This document shows positions 1 through 12,526 of a DNA stretch of 64,000 bases, one piece after another (position 1 is the stretch's first letter; every line of letters begins with the position of its first letter). Source of the DNA: Selaginella moellendorffii (taxonomy: Eukaryota > Plantae > Lycopodiophyta); the NCBI RefSeq assembly GCF_000143415.4, contig NW_003314263.1, forward strand, positions 2,544,041-2,608,040, given 5' to 3'. The notes under the pieces were generated by a model that had not been told where the DNA came from, made no database searches, and worked only from the letters and a program-made list of their open reading frames with translations. A program made the translations under genes and the position numbers.

Positions 1-3000
1 CATTCTACAAGATGTACGCTTTTGCTGATCCTCTCGACTATCTTCTCATGGCGATTGGAACACTGGGAGCTGTGGTGCATGGGCTTGCGGTGCCCGTGTA
101 TTTCTACTTCTTTGGGAGGCTTGTGGACGCTTTCGGGGAGAACTACGCGAATCCATCCAGTATGGCATCCGAGGTTTCAACTGTAAGTGGTCTTTTTCGA
201 TCCAACCTTTTTTTTTTCGTGGTGTTTGATCTTTTGTCTTCCCAGTACTCCTTGTATTTGCTCTACTTGGCGCTGGTTGTTCTAGGCGCAGCTTGGCTTG
301 GTAAGTCTAGACAGTGCAGATTTGAGAATTTCTATGCTTCGTTTTGTATTTGTAGAGGTTTCGTGCTGGATGCACTCTGGTGAGCGTCAATCTGCCAAGA
401 TACGCATCAAGTACCTCAAGTCGATCCTCGTTCAAGATGTGGGATTTTTTGACACGGATATGTGTGTTGGCGAGATTGTGAACCAGATATCAAGTGATAT
501 ACTCATCATTCAAGATGCCATCAGTGAGAAGGTTGGTCTTTATTTATTTTTTCTTACACTCTTGAGCTTACGACGCAATGTTTCCAGGCTGGCAACCTTA
601 TTCACTTTCTAGCGAGATTTATAGGAGGTTTAGTTGCAGGTTTTGTGGCAGTATGGCAACTTGCACTTATTACAGTTGCTGTGGTTCCTGCAATTGCTCT
701 TGCTGGAGGTAAAATCTATCTAAGCTGGCTTTTAGAATCTTAACTATGTTCTATAAGCAGGTGCCTATGCAGTTTCACTTATCAACACTGCTGCAAAGAG
801 CCAGAAAGCTAATGAAGAAGCTGGAAAGATTGCAGAACAGGTATGACAACATGAATCAAGTCTAAAAGCCTCTAATTTAAGAACTTTCGCGTCCATAGGG
901 GCTGAAAGGGCTTACAGGTCGATGGCTTGCCAGGTCATTGCTCAAGTGAGGACTGTTTATTCTTTTGGAGGAGAAGCAAGGGCCGCGAAGGCTTATTCAG
1001 ACGCCTTGCAGCCAACCTTGAGGCTTGGGAAGCGAGCAGGCCTTGTTAAGGGCCTTGGAATTGGAGTAACTTACGGGCTTGTTTTATGTGCCTGGGCTTT
1101 GCTGCTATGGTACGCCGGGGTTCTTATTCGGCATGGAATGTCTGATGCTGGAAAGGCTTTTACGACTATTCTCAACATAGTTGTTAGTGGCTTGTAAGTA
1201 ATGCTTAATTTCCTCGTAACGTTTTTTCTCACTGAAATTTGGCAGTTCTCTCGGACAAGCGTTCTCGAACTTTCCTGCCCTTGCGGAAGGTCGGGCAGCA
1301 GCTTCCAACATAATACAAATGGTGAAAAGAAGGCCGGCCATGCTTCATAATCAAGGAGGACGACTTGAAGAAGTTTATGGGGACATTGAGCTGCGAAATA
1401 TTTGCTTTAGCTATCCTTCCCGACCAGAATCTTTGGTTCTAAAAGACTTTTCTTTGATGGTGCCTGCTGGAAAGACAATTGCGATTATCGGTAGCAGTGG
1501 CTCTGGCAAAAGTACCGTGGTTTCTCTCATCGAACGTTTCTATGATCCGCTTTCCGGTACAGTACATATATTTATCGTATTGTGTTGCGAGCTGAAATTT
1601 GAAATGATTTGTTTAAGGTGACGTTCTTTTGGATGGAACAAACATAAAATATTTGGAGCTTCAGTGGTTGAGAAAACAGATTGGTCTTGTAAGTCAGGAG
1701 CCGATATTGTTTGCAACCACTATTCGAGAAAATCTGCTCTACAGCAAAGAAGATGCAACCATGGAGGAGTTAATAGAAGTCTCTAAAGCTTCAAACGCAC
1801 ACGAATTTATTGATCTCTTTCCTGACGGCTACGAAACTCAGGTTGGTCACTTGGATTTCCTACACGCAAGGGACTGAACTTGTTTACAGGTTGGTGAGCG
1901 AGGTGTGCAACTTTCTGGCGGAGAAAAACAAAGGGTGGCACTGGCAAGAGCGATGCTCAAGAATCCAAAAATACTTCTTCTGGATGAGGCTACAAGTGCA
2001 CTGGATACAGGTTCGCAGCAGCTGGTTCAGGATGCGCTTGATCGATTTAGAGTCGGCCGAACAACGGTGGTGATCGCTCACCAGCTTTCAACTATCAGGC
2101 ATGCAAATAGTATCGCGGTTGTTCATCACGGAAGAATCGTTGAAATGGGAACGCATGAAGAGCTATTAGCTAAAGGGGAGAAAGGTGCTTATGCCGCGCT
2201 CTCAAAGCTGCAGGATACTGGTCTGTTCCTAGTTCAAATGGCCGAAAACATGGCTACTATTGCTACGAGAAACTCTGGGTAAGGACGTCCGTATTCAGTT
2301 TTTCAAAAAGGACTTGGTTTGTATGCAGACTATCGGACGAGTTTTCTTCCGAAGAAAGCTGTTTTGACCTGGACCTTAGCGCAAATCAGGCTGTTGAAGA
2401 ACCGGAAGGGCCACGTCCGCCCAGACCCTCGATCTGGAGGCTAATGCAACTCAACAAACCGGAATGGCCATATGCTTTACTCGGTACTATTGGAGCAATC
2501 ATATCAGGATGCGAGTTTCCGTTGTTTGCCTTGGCCATCACGCAAGTTTTGATTACGTTCTACAGTCCTGACAAGGAATTCCTCAAGAAAGAAGTCAGCA
2601 AGTTCTCGCTCATATTAACCGGCTCCACCATCTGTGTTGTTTTCAGCCACATGCTCCAGCACTATTCGTTTGGAGCCATGGGTGAAAGTCTGACGAAGCG
2701 AGTGCGAGAAATGATGTTCCTAGGTACTTAAAACTCACTCTCATCTATGGCTGGTAATGGAAGGTAAGATTGAGTTTAACAGTGCATTTTATTCATTCTC
2801 TTGTCACAGTGGACTAACTTTTGACATTTCAGGTATTCTCAACAATGAAATATCCTGGTTTGACGAGGAAGATAACAGATGTGGACTAGTAGCTTCTCGC
2901 CTGGCATCTGATGCGACAATGGTCCGAGTCGTTATCGCTGACCGCATGTCCACTATTGTTCAAAATCTCGCCTTGATGTTCGTGGCTTTCTTCATTGCAT

Positions 3001-4368
3001 ACGTTCTGGAATGGCGCGTGGCTGTTGTCATTACAGCGACGTTCCCACTGTTGCTCATAGCGTTGGTTGGCGAGGTACGAAGCTCCTGAATTTTGACGCA
3101 TAGCTATGTATCTATATTCACACGTATCTCTTGACTTACAGCAAATGTTTTTAAAAGGCTTCAGTGGAGACCTCTCAAAAGCATACTCGAGAGCCAGTAC
3201 GGTGGCGAGCGAGGCCGTCGGAAACATTCGCACAGTTGCTGCCTTTTGCTCCGAAAAGAAAGTCATCGATTCTTTCGTTCGAGAGCTCCAGGTACCGAAG
3301 CGGAAGGTCTTCCTCAGAGGTCATGTAGCGGGTGTTTGCTACGGCATCTCTCAGTTCTTCCTTTACACCTCGTACGCGCTGGGATTGTGGTACAGCTCCG
3401 TGCTGATCAAGAAAGGCGTGACAGGTTTTGCGAACGCCATCAAGACGTTCATGGTAATTATAATCACTGCATTCGGGGTTGCCGAGACTCTGGCCACAGC
3501 TCCAGATTTGATCAAAGGCAGCCAGGCATTATACGCAGTTTTCGAGATCATGGATCGTAAGGGCCAGATAAATCCAAACGCGCGAGCCATGGAGATCGGC
3601 AACGTGAAAGGCGACGTAGACTTTAGGCACGTCGAGTTCAGCTATCCAGCCCGCAAAGACGTGGTTATTTTCCGCGACTTGAGCTTGAGGATCAGAGCCG
3701 GAAAGAGTTTGGCCTTGGTTGGAGCTAGCGGCTCAGGCAAGAGCTCCGTGGTGTCTCTCATCCAGAGGTTTTACGACCCGGTATCCGGCTACATCATGAT
3801 AGACGGCAAGAACATCAGGAGCCTCAACCTTCAGTCTCTTCGCAGGCACATCGGCTTAGTCCAGCAGGAGCCGGCTCTCTTTTCATGCAGCATTTACGAG
3901 AACATCCTCTATGGCAAAGAGGGAGCCTCCGAGGCCGAGATCGTGCAGGCAGCAAAGACGGCCAATGCTCACGGCTTTATCAGCAGCTTACCAAACGGCT
4001 ACCAGACGCAAGTCGGCGAGCGAGGCGTCCAGCTCTCGGGTGGCCAGAAGCAGCGAGTCGCCATTGCTCGAGCGGTTCTCAAGTGTCCCGCGATCCTCCT
4101 CCTGGACGAGGCGACGAGTGCGCTGGATGCACACTCCGAGAAGCAGGTCCAGGAGGCGCTGGACCGAGTGATGCGAGGCAGGACGACGCTCATCGTCGCG
4201 CACCGATTCTCGGCCATCCGGAACGCGGACATCATCGCGGTCGTGCAGGACGGCACGGTGGTGGAACAAGGCAGCCCCAAGGAGCTCCTCAGCAACAGGA
4301 ACAGTGCTTACTTCCAGCTCGTCAAACTCCATGCCCGCCACCGCACGAGCAAGCTGGAAATCTTGTAA
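1..4368 (+). CDS. ABCB: Full-size ABC transporter, B family (P-glycoprotein/MDR), multi-exon, 5' end outside window
   Basis: TMD-NBD-TMD-NBD spread over ORFs joined by short GT-AG introns (e.g. 183-245). Walker [10 protein letters not shown] and GASGSGKSS, signatures LSGGEKQR and LSGGQKQR, Walker [12 protein letters not shown] twice, and [13 protein letters not shown]. Stop at 4368. Confidence 0.95.
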
Positions 4369-4806
4369 ATCAAAACTCTGGTACGTCCCCTCGCTCTCTT
4401 TCTCTCTTTTTCTAACGCTACTTTTGTAGCACCTCGTCGTTCACATTGGCTTGCATTTCATTTTGATATGAAGAGGAGAATCATCGCGAATCAATCAGAC
4501 AAAGCCGAAAGAAGGTATGGAGTTTTTGCTCCTCATCTATCTCAGAGAAGTTGGATTCTTACGAACGAAACTACGCAGAGTTTGGAGAGCATTCTATCAA
4601 AGTTTTTAACTTCTTTTGGGCAAAACGAAAGCTTGTGCTCCTATTTTAGAAGGTATGTCTTTGCGATTTTCATGTTTTGAGGAGCCGGAAGTTTGTCTAC
4701 TGAGCTTGAGACATCTGGCCTCACCGGATTCCAACTTCCAAGCTCGCGCAAACTCCCTGTGACCCGCTACTCGTGTTTCTCGCGCGGCCCATCCAACTCT
4801 CCAGCT

Positions 4807-4813
4807 ATATAAG
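4807..4813 (+). promoter_or_regulatory. Putative TATA box of the lectin gene
   Basis: TATATAA(G) about 95 bp upstream of the lectin ATG. Confidence 0.5.
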
Positions 4814-4901
4814 ACCGACGCGACGAGCCGGAGCTTCTATCCATCGAAAGCCCATCCGCACAGAAGAAGCTCCTCCACAGCTCTTTCCAGAGTTCTAAAC
4901 C

Positions 4902-5339
4902 ATGGAGAAATCCATGGCCGCGACGTGCATCGCGCTCCTTCTGCTGGCCACCATCGCCCTCTACTGCGACGCCGCCGGCCCCCCGGCCCCCGCCAGTGAC
5001 ACTCTCTTCACCAACAAGCAGCTCCGCTCCAACGAGGAGCTGCGATCCAACAACAGCTTCTTCGTCTTCAAGGTCCAGAGCGATTGCAACATGGTGCTGA
5101 CGCGGGTCTCGGATTCCAGCGTGCTGTGGTCGTCCGGGACGGGCGGAAAGGCGGCCGGGTGCTGGGTGACGATGCAAGGCGATGGGAATTTGGTGCTCTA
5201 CTCCAACCAGAACAACGCCGTGTGGATGAGCAAGACGGCGCGCAAGGAGGATCTCTACACGCTGATGGTGCAGGACGATGGGAATGCCGTGATCTACACC
5301 GCCTCCCACGTCGCGATTTGGTCCACCAGTTACGATTGA
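4902..5339 (+). CDS. Secreted bulb-type (GNA-related) mannose-binding lectin
   Basis: Hydrophobic signal peptide (CIALLLLATIALYCDA). Three QxDxNxVxY-type subdomains: QSDCNMVLT, QGDGNLVLY, QDDGNAVIY, each followed by a W motif. Single exon; the start may be the second ATG at 4914. Confidence 0.9.
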   Translation: MEKSMAATCIALLLLATIALYCDAAGPPAPASDTLFTNKQLRSNEELRSNNSFFVFKVQSDCNMVLTRVSDSSVLWSSGTGGKAAGCWVTMQGDGNLVLYSNQNNAVWMSKTARKEDLYTLMVQDDGNAVIYTASHVAIWSTSYD

Positions 5340-5548
5340 TTGATCTGATTGAGTCGATGGTTGCTTCTTTTCTACTGAAATAAACTATATGCCAATTTGT
5401 TCCATGATCTTTCAATATCTTTCTTGCTTTGCTTTGCTTCTTTCCTAATGAAATAAACTACCGTAAAAGATATTTCTTGTGATCATGTAAAAAGATAAGA
5501 TCCCAACTTTGTATGAACTTTACCACACCAAAAGCCTGAAATACAAGA

Positions 5549-7180
5549 ATGTTGACAAAAAGAGTCTTATTTCCAAACGCTCCCCGCGATGGGAGGTTTG
5601 GGGACAGAGATGTGTTTCTCCGGAACAGGGAGATCGAGATGCATGGCAAGAATGGAGATTTGGCTGCGGCAGTAGAGGTCTTTGAAGCTCTAGCTTCTCG
5701 GAGGGATGTTTACTCGTGGGTGTTTATGCTGGTTGCGTTTACTCGGAACTGCCGGTTGATGCAGGCAAGCCGTTGTTTTGAATCCATGCCTCAAAAGAAT
5801 CTTGTTGCGTGGAATGTGATGTTGTCAGCATATGCCAAAACGGGGCATCTGCTGCAAGCGCAAGCGCTCTTTTGCGAGATGCCTTTCTGGGATTTGGTGT
5901 CTTGGGATTCAATGCTTTTGGCGTTTTGTCGTGCGGGTTTGCTAGATGGTGCGAGAGGATTTTTTGCGAGAATGCCAGAGTGGGACTGCGTTGCGTGGAA
6001 TCTGTTGCTGAATGCGTATGCCCAACTTGGGCATATAGGTGAAGCTGCATTTTTCTTCAGTGGTATGCCGGAACGAAGCTTGGTTTCGTGCACGGCAATG
6101 GTTCATGCTTATGTCCAAAACGGGGACTTAGAAAGTTCCAAGTTTGCGTTTGATTCCTCTCGTGAACACGACCTTGTGTTGTGCTCTACAATGATCTCGG
6201 CGTTGTCTTCCAAAGGAGACCTAGCAGGAGCAAAAGGGGTGTTTGACTCCATGAAAGAGAGGGATGTGGTCGCATATACCGCACTGCTTACGGCATATTC
6301 GCATTCTGGGGATCTCCTCAAGGCCCAGGAGACCTTTGACGCCATGAAAGAGCACAATGTAGCTGCATGGAATGCCTTGCTTGCGGCATATGCCCGGAAC
6401 GGGAATCTTCCGGGAGCCAGAAGAATCTTCGACAAGATGCCCCACAGGGATCTCCAGTCCTGGGTGTCTATGCTTTCGTTTTACTCTCAAGCCGGTGAGA
6501 TAGAAAACGCAAAGCTCGTGTTTGATTCCATGCAAAGCTGGGACCAAATCTCCTGCAACTCGATGCTCGCGGCATATGCCAAGTATGGGGATATTCGAGA
6601 TGCCGAGAATCTCTACTGCTCGATTCCCACCCACGATACCGCCACCTTGAACTCCATGCTCGCGGCCTACTTGCACAGGGGCTGCTTCCCAGAGGTCAAG
6701 AGGCTCTTTAACACCGCCCAAGAGAGGAATCTTATCACCTGGAACATAGCTCTGGGGGCATATTCCAGCACTGGGAATCTTGCCCGGGCCGGGACCATTT
6801 TCAGTCGCATGCCGTACCACGACATGGCCGCGTGGAATGCCATGGTGGCGGCATATGCACGGAACGGTCCGTACAAGAAAATGCTTGAATTCTTCCATTT
6901 GTTGAACCTGATGGGTGAAGTTCCAGGCGAGCTCGTGTTTGCCCTCTTGTTTCTGGCATCAAGTCATGCAGGAGCAATCATTGATCAATCAGGATGGAGC
7001 ACTCTTTTGGGAGATTTCGGTGTCAATCTAACCAAGCAGCATTTCTCGTGTGTGATTGATCTTCTTGGGCGATGTGGATACTCAAAAGATGCCAGGGATC
7101 TGGTTGCAAATATGCCATATGAGCCTGAGGTGTTGGATCAAGCTTGTTTGATCAGTAGCTCACCTCACTTAAAAGTATAA
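5549..7180 (+). CDS. PLS-class pentatricopeptide repeat protein, mostly 31-aa S/SS repeats, truncated E domain, no DYW
   Basis: Intronless, with about 14 repeats of the form xxVxWNxMLxAYxxxGxxxxAxxxFxxMP. C-terminus HFSCVIDLLGRCG...MPYEP. Confidence 0.9.
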   Translation: MLTKRVLFPNAPRDGRFGDRDVFLRNREIEMHGKNGDLAAAVEVFEALASRRDVYSWVFMLVAFTRNCRLMQASRCFESMPQKNLVAWNVMLSAYAKTGHLLQAQALFCEMPFWDLVSWDSMLLAFCRAGLLDGARGFFARMPEWDCVAWNLLLNAYAQLGHIGEAAFFFSGMPERSLVSCTAMVHAYVQNGDLESSKFAFDSSREHDLVLCSTMISALSSKGDLAGAKGVFDSMKERDVVAYTALLTAYSHSGDLLKAQETFDAMKEHNVAAWNALLAAYARNGNLPGARRIFDKMPHRDLQSWVSMLSFYSQAGEIENAKLVFDSMQSWDQISCNSMLAAYAKYGDIRDAENLYCSIPTHDTATLNSMLAAYLHRGCFPEVKRLFNTAQERNLITWNIALGAYSSTGNLARAGTIFSRMPYHDMAAWNAMVAAYARNGPYKKMLEFFHLLNLMGEVPGELVFALLFLASSHAGAIIDQSGWSTLLGDFGVNLTKQHFSCVIDLLGRCGYSKDARDLVANMPYEPEVLDQACLISSSPHLKV

Positions 7181-7641
7181 AGTATTATTTCTTATAGCTA
7201 TAAAATTTTGTAATTTTATATAGTGAGTGCATGGAAATTAGACCTCGCAATATTAATATTTTATATTAAATTATCATTTAATTTGTAAAGAATCCAACAG
7301 TGTAATAGCACCAAAATCTCAACAGCATATTATGCCATGCCCACACCAGCTACCAAAAATTAGATGTCAAGCTCTACCAGAAATTTAGTATTTGCTTAAA
7401 TAAATAATTATAGCTACTCATTTTTAAACGCAGTTTAAAAATATGATAAAAATTAGAGTAACTAAATTTTAACCTAATAATTCTCTGAAATGGGAAATTA
7501 AAGACTGGAAAAGGAAATATATGCTAGAATAAGGGGGTTTAAAGTTACATGCGGAGGGCCATGTTTTAGGGCTTAGGGTGCCCAAAGATTTCTTCCTTCT
7601 TCTTGATCGCGGACGTGGATCGATCGCGAGCTCTTCCAGCG

Positions 7642-9270
7642 ATGGCAAGGGATCATCACCACCAGCAGCACGGGCAGCAGCAGCTCGAGGTCCTCTCGGC
7701 GCTGGACAAGGCCAAGACGCAATGGTACCACTTCACCGCCATCGTGATCGCGGGCATGGGCTTCTTCACGGATGCTTACGATCTCTTTTGCATCTCCACC
7801 GTCACCAAGCTCCTGGGGAGGATCTACTACTACGATCCAGCTTCTGGCAAGCCCGGATCGCTCCCCCCAAACGTCTCGGCGGCCGTGAATGGAGTGGCGC
7901 TGTGCGGGACGCTCGCCGGGCAGCTCTTCTTCGGCTGGCTGGGCGATCGATTCGGGCGCAAGAAGGTCTATGGCATGACGCTCATGCTCATGGTCATGGC
8001 CTCGGTAGCCTCGGGGCTCTCTTTCGGCCACACTGCCAAGAGCGTGATGACCACGCTGTGCTTCTTTCGATTCTGGCTTGGATTTGGCATCGGTGGCGAC
8101 TATCCTCTCTCGGCCACGATCATGTCCGAGTATGCCAACACCAAGACTCGCGGAGGATTCATCGCGGCGGTGTTTGCCATGCAAGGATTCGGGATCCTCG
8201 CCGGTGGCGCGGTGGCGATCTTCGTGGCGCTGGGATTCAAGACGGCGTATCCTCGCGAAGCGTTTGAGCTCGATCCGGCTGGATCCACTCCACCAGAGGC
8301 GGACTTCGTGTGGAGGATCATCTTCATGCTTGGAGCTCTCCCGGCGGCGCTCACGTACTACTGGCGGATGAAGATGCCCGAGACCGCGCGCTACACCGCG
8401 CTGGTGGAGGGGAACCTCAAGCAGGCGACGCAGGACATGAGCAAAGTTCTCGCGGTGGAGATCACGGAGGAGAACTCCGCCGCCAAGGCCGCCGCGATCC
8501 AGAGCCAGCACAAGAACAAGTACACGCTCTTCTCGGCGGAGTTTCTTCGCCGCCATGGCTTGCATCTCCTCGGCACCACCTCCACTTGGTTCCTCCTCGA
8601 CGTCGCCTTCTACAGCCAGAACCTCTTCCAAAAGGACGTTTTCACCGCGGTGGGATGGCTCCCAAGCGCCAAGAAGATGAGCGCGCTGGACGAAGTCTAC
8701 CGGATCTCGCGAGCGCAGTGCCTGATCGCGCTGTGCTCCACGGTGCCGGGTTACTGGTTCACGGTGTTCCTCATCGACCGGATCGGGCGATTCACCATCC
8801 AGCTCATGGGCTTCTTCTTCATGACGGCTTTCATGCTCGGGCTGGCCATCCCTTACAACGCTCTCCGCGATGGCAGCCATATGACGTTCATCGTGCTCTA
8901 CTCGCTTACGTTCTTCTTCGCCAACTTTGGGCCGAATTCCACCACCTTCATCGTCCCCGCGGAGGTGTTCCCGGCGCGGTTTCGATCGACTTGTCACGGG
9001 ATCTCGGCGGCGGCTGGGAAGGCCGGGGCGATTGTTGGAGCTTTCGGGTTCCTCTATGCCGCGCAGAGCCCGGACAGGGAGAAGACCGATGCCGGGTACC
9101 CGACTGGAGTGGGGATCCGGACGGCGCTGCTCATGCTCGCGGTTTGCAATGGTCTGGGCTTCTTCTTCACGCTGCTTGTTCCGGAGACTAAAGGGCGGTC
9201 GCTGGAGGAGATCTCTGGCGAGAATGGTGGCGAGGGTGGTGATCATCCCAGGCCGATCCTGCCAGTGTAA
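7642..9270 (+). CDS. PHT1: PHT1 high-affinity phosphate:H+ symporter (MFS), copy 1
   Basis: PHT1 signature [13 protein letters not shown], plus [29 protein letters not shown] and C-terminal [13 protein letters not shown] at 7642; intronless. Confidence 0.96.
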   Translation: MARDHHHQQHGQQQLEVLSALDKAKTQWYHFTAIVIAGMGFFTDAYDLFCISTVTKLLGRIYYYDPASGKPGSLPPNVSAAVNGVALCGTLAGQLFFGWLGDRFGRKKVYGMTLMLMVMASVASGLSFGHTAKSVMTTLCFFRFWLGFGIGGDYPLSATIMSEYANTKTRGGFIAAVFAMQGFGILAGGAVAIFVALGFKTAYPREAFELDPAGSTPPEADFVWRIIFMLGALPAALTYYWRMKMPETARYTALVEGNLKQATQDMSKVLAVEITEENSAAKAAAIQSQHKNKYTLFSAEFLRRHGLHLLGTTSTWFLLDVAFYSQNLFQKDVFTAVGWLPSAKKMSALDEVYRISRAQCLIALCSTVPGYWFTVFLIDRIGRFTIQLMGFFFMTAFMLGLAIPYNALRDGSHMTFIVLYSLTFFFANFGPNSTTFIVPAEVFPARFRSTCHGISAAAGKAGAIVGAFGFLYAAQSPDREKTDAGYPTGVGIRTALLMLAVCNGLGFFFTLLVPETKGRSLEEISGENGGEGGDHPRPILPV

Positions 9271-9636
9271 GTCCCCCCTTTTTCGTTTTCGCTTTTTTGA
9301 AAGATCTGGAGCTCTCTCCCCTTCTCGGTTCTAGTTTCGGCCTCTCTCGGGCGAGAGTTTGAGCTCTTGCTCTTCGTTTCGAATAAAAAAGAAAAGACAA
9401 AAGAAAAGTATTCTAGTTCGAAGGTTTCTTCCAGAGTGTCTCTTTCTTCCAAGTTCTTCCCAGTTTCTTACAAGTGTTTTTACTCTTTCTTCCAATATTC
9501 TTACTCTCAAAGTTCTTCCAAGTGTCTTACACTTGCTTCCAAGTTGTCTTACTTCCAAGTTATTCCAATTCAAGACAACCTCAACATAACTAACAAAGCT
9601 CCACTATGTCCATTCTCCTTACGTGATTCTTACGAA

Positions 9637-10230
9637 ATATGACAAGATTATTATCCTGTAGCTCTTGACAAAACTTTAGCTTCGAATAGTGTGATCATCA
9701 TATTTTCGAGCACCACAAACCTTGTGCCGCACACATCTTTTACTCGTCGTTTTTCTATTCGCTCTATGATTTAAAAAGAGGATCCATTAGCCTCAACTTT
9801 TCATCACAGTTGTCTAGAACGCACGATGTTGTTGACTTTACCTTTTATTAGTGTATAATAATATTTTATAATCAAATGAGACGCGGCGAGGCGCCAGGAA
9901 AATATTACACGAATAAATTAAAGTAAAAAGGTGGCGATAAAGAGAATAATCTTATAGAAGATATGACAACTTTTAGCCTAGTGGCTCACGGAAATTGCAA
10001 GGTTCTCAAATTATAAATGTCAACATTGACGTGATCATCATATCCTCAAGCACCGCTTGCACCAAACTTGTCATGGAGAAGATATTTTTTGCCCCCATTC
10101 TTGATTTCTTTAATGTTTTCTATGATTCTTTAGCAGGATTCACTTCCACTTGATTACAACTTTTCATCGCAGTTTTCTAGAATGCACGACCAAACTTTAA
10201 TTATCTTCTATTTCACTGTAGATGACAATA
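9637..10230. repeat. Diverged direct repeat (two copies of about 230-270 bp) between the PHT1 genes
   Basis: Collinear shared blocks ATATGACAA, GTGATCATCATAT, AGCACC, CTATGATT and CAACTTTTCATC.CAGTT.TCTAGAA.GCACGA at about 9637-9870 and 9961-10230. Confidence 0.65.
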
Positions 10231-10461
10231 TACAATATAATATAATATAATGACAATTTATCGATACGAAATCTAATATTCTTTCACTATAGGTGACAAT
10301 ATAATGATAAGGTTTAGCATGAAAAATCAAATGTTCTCTCTTGTGGTAAGAGCATGCTTATTGACAAGAAACACTGAAGATATACAAGTATATATGTGCT
10401 CAACTTGGCTTGTAAGAAAAACTTCCTTCCTCGCTTGCTTCTCTCAGCGATGATCATGAAC

Positions 10462-12075
10462 TTAGACTTGCTGGATCGATGGAGGAGTAGTCGCGGGGGC
10501 AGCAACCATCTCCTCCTCGTTCTCCCCGGACAAGTCCTCGAGCGATCGCCCCTTGGTCTCTGGAACCAAGAACGTAAAGATGAGCCCGAGAGCGTTGCAT
10601 CCTCCGAGCAACAGCAAAGCCGTCCTGATCCCCACTCCCGGCGGATACCCGGCCTCGGTATCGGCCTTGTGAGTGCTCTGCGACGCGTAGAGGAACCCGA
10701 AAGATCCAACGATGGCTCCGGCCTTTCCAGCCGCGGCCGAGATCCCGTGACAAGTCGATCGCAGCCGGGCCGGGAAGAGCTCCGCGGGGACGATGAAAGT
10801 GGTGGCGTTTGGCCCGAAGTTTGCGAAGAAGAAGGTGAGCGAGTAGAGCACGATGAACGTCATATGGTGGCCGCCGCAGTAGCCATCCGGGCACTTGTCC
10901 CCGCGGAGATTGTTGTAAGGGATGGCGAGCGCGAACATGAACACCGTCATGAAGAAGAAGCCCATGAGTTGGATGGTGAAGCGTCCCATCCTGTCGATGA
11001 GAGCCACCGTGAACCAGTACCCGGGAACCGTGGAGCACAGCGCGATCAGTGTCTGCGCTCGCGAGATCTTGTAGACTTCGTCCAGCGCGCTCATCGTCTT
11101 GCCGTTCTTGAGCCATCCCACCGCGGTGAAAACGTCCTTCTGGAAGAGGTTCTGGCTGTAGAAGGCGATGTCGAGGAAGAACCATGTCGTCGTGGTTCCC
11201 AGGAGCTGGAGGCCATGTCGCCTCGCAAACGCTCGCGTGAAGAGGCCATACTTGTTGGTGGCGCCTTGGATCTTGGCAGCCTCGGCCCCGACTTCCACCT
11301 CGAGAACTTTGCTCATGTCCTTAGCAGCCTGCTTGAGGTTCCCTTCCACCAGCGCGGTGTAGCGAGCGGTCTCGGGCATCTTCATCCGCGAGTAAAACGT
11401 CGCGGCGGCGGGGAGAGCCCCGAACATGAAGATGAGCCGCCACACGTAGTCCGCCTCGGGTGGCGTCGACGCTACCGGATTCACGGAGAAGATTGGCGCC
11501 GGGAAGGCCTTTCGAAAAGCCGCGGCGACGATGAGTGACACTGTTCCACCCGCGAGAATGCCCAGTCCTTGCATGGCAAACACCGCCGCGATGAAAGATC
11601 CCCGGGTCTTGGTGTTGGCATACTCGGACATGATCGTGGCTGAGAGAGGATAGTCGCCACCGATGCCAAATCCAAGCCAGAACCGGAAGAAGCACAGCGT
11701 GGTCATCACCGACTTGGCAGTGTGGCCGAAGGAGAGCCCCGAGGCGATCGAGCAGATGACCATGAGCAGCAGCGTGATCCCATAGACTTTCTTTCGTCCC
11801 ATCTTGTCACCGAGCCAGCCGAAGAAGAGCTGGCCGGCGAGCGTCCCGCAGAAGGCCACACCGTTCACGGCCGCCGCTACGTTTGGAGGGAGCGATCCGG
11901 GCTTCCCAGAGGCTGGATTGAAGTAGTAGATCCTTCCGAGGAGCTTGGTGACGGTGGAGATGCAAAAGAGATCGTAGGCGTCGGTGAAGAAGCCCATCCC
12001 CGCGATGAGAATGGCCGTGAAGTGGTACCACTGCGTCTTTGCCTTGTCCAAGGCGGACAGCACCTCGAGCGCCAT
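10462..12075 (-). CDS. PHT1: PHT1 high-affinity phosphate:H+ symporter (MFS), copy 2
   Basis: 537-aa ORF with [13 protein letters not shown]. Close paralogue of copy 1 in the opposite, convergent orientation. Confidence 0.96.
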   Translation of the reverse strand: MALEVLSALDKAKTQWYHFTAILIAGMGFFTDAYDLFCISTVTKLLGRIYYFNPASGKPGSLPPNVAAAVNGVAFCGTLAGQLFFGWLGDKMGRKKVYGITLLLMVICSIASGLSFGHTAKSVMTTLCFFRFWLGFGIGGDYPLSATIMSEYANTKTRGSFIAAVFAMQGLGILAGGTVSLIVAAAFRKAFPAPIFSVNPVASTPPEADYVWRLIFMFGALPAAATFYSRMKMPETARYTALVEGNLKQAAKDMSKVLEVEVGAEAAKIQGATNKYGLFTRAFARRHGLQLLGTTTTWFFLDIAFYSQNLFQKDVFTAVGWLKNGKTMSALDEVYKISRAQTLIALCSTVPGYWFTVALIDRMGRFTIQLMGFFFMTVFMFALAIPYNNLRGDKCPDGYCGGHHMTFIVLYSLTFFFANFGPNATTFIVPAELFPARLRSTCHGISAAAGKAGAIVGSFGFLYASQSTHKADTEAGYPPGVGIRTALLLLGGCNALGLIFTFLVPETKGRSLEDLSGENEEEMVAAPATTPPSIQQV

Positions 12076-12518
12076 CGCGTGATCCTTCTCTCCTCCAAGA
12101 GATTTGGATGATCCTAGCGCTCGATAACACGAGCTTTCGCGATCGATTCCCTGTCCAAAGCAAGCAACAGTGAGATTTCTCTAAGAGAATCATCTCTCTC
12201 GGCTTGATCCAAAGCATGCGAATATGGTGAGAAGGACGGGGATGGAATGCATGCTCGCCAGGAATGCCAAGAAAGCTTTGCTCGAATAGAAAATTCCAAA
12301 GAAACCAGGCTCAAACAATGAACAAGGCAGCAAATCCTCGCGCAGGAGCCACGCACGGCATCCGTGAGGGAATGTGGATGAAAGAAACTTGCCTGGATCG
12401 ATCGATCGCTCGATCTTTGGAGCGCGTCACTGCTAGAACCCTAATCCCGCCCACACTTTTAAAGTCGCAGTCCCGGCCGTCAAACTCACAGAAGAGACGT
12501 ACATTCCCTCTAAAATGC

Positions 12519-12526
12519 GAATATTC
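12519..12526. promoter_or_regulatory. P1BS (PHR1-binding site, GNATATNC)
   Basis: GAATATTC, 444 bp upstream of the PHT1 copy 2 ATG, in the divergent interval shared with beta-tubulin. Confidence 0.65.

Noticed and set aside
7200-7640. P1BS upstream of PHT1 copy 1
   Set aside because: Only near-matches (GCATATTA, ATATATGC); no exact GNATATNC seen.
7573-9246. 557-aa antisense ORF over PHT1 copy 1 (and 380-aa ORF over copy 2)
   Set aside because: Shadow ORFs caused by high GC3 codon use in the real genes; no recognisable domain.
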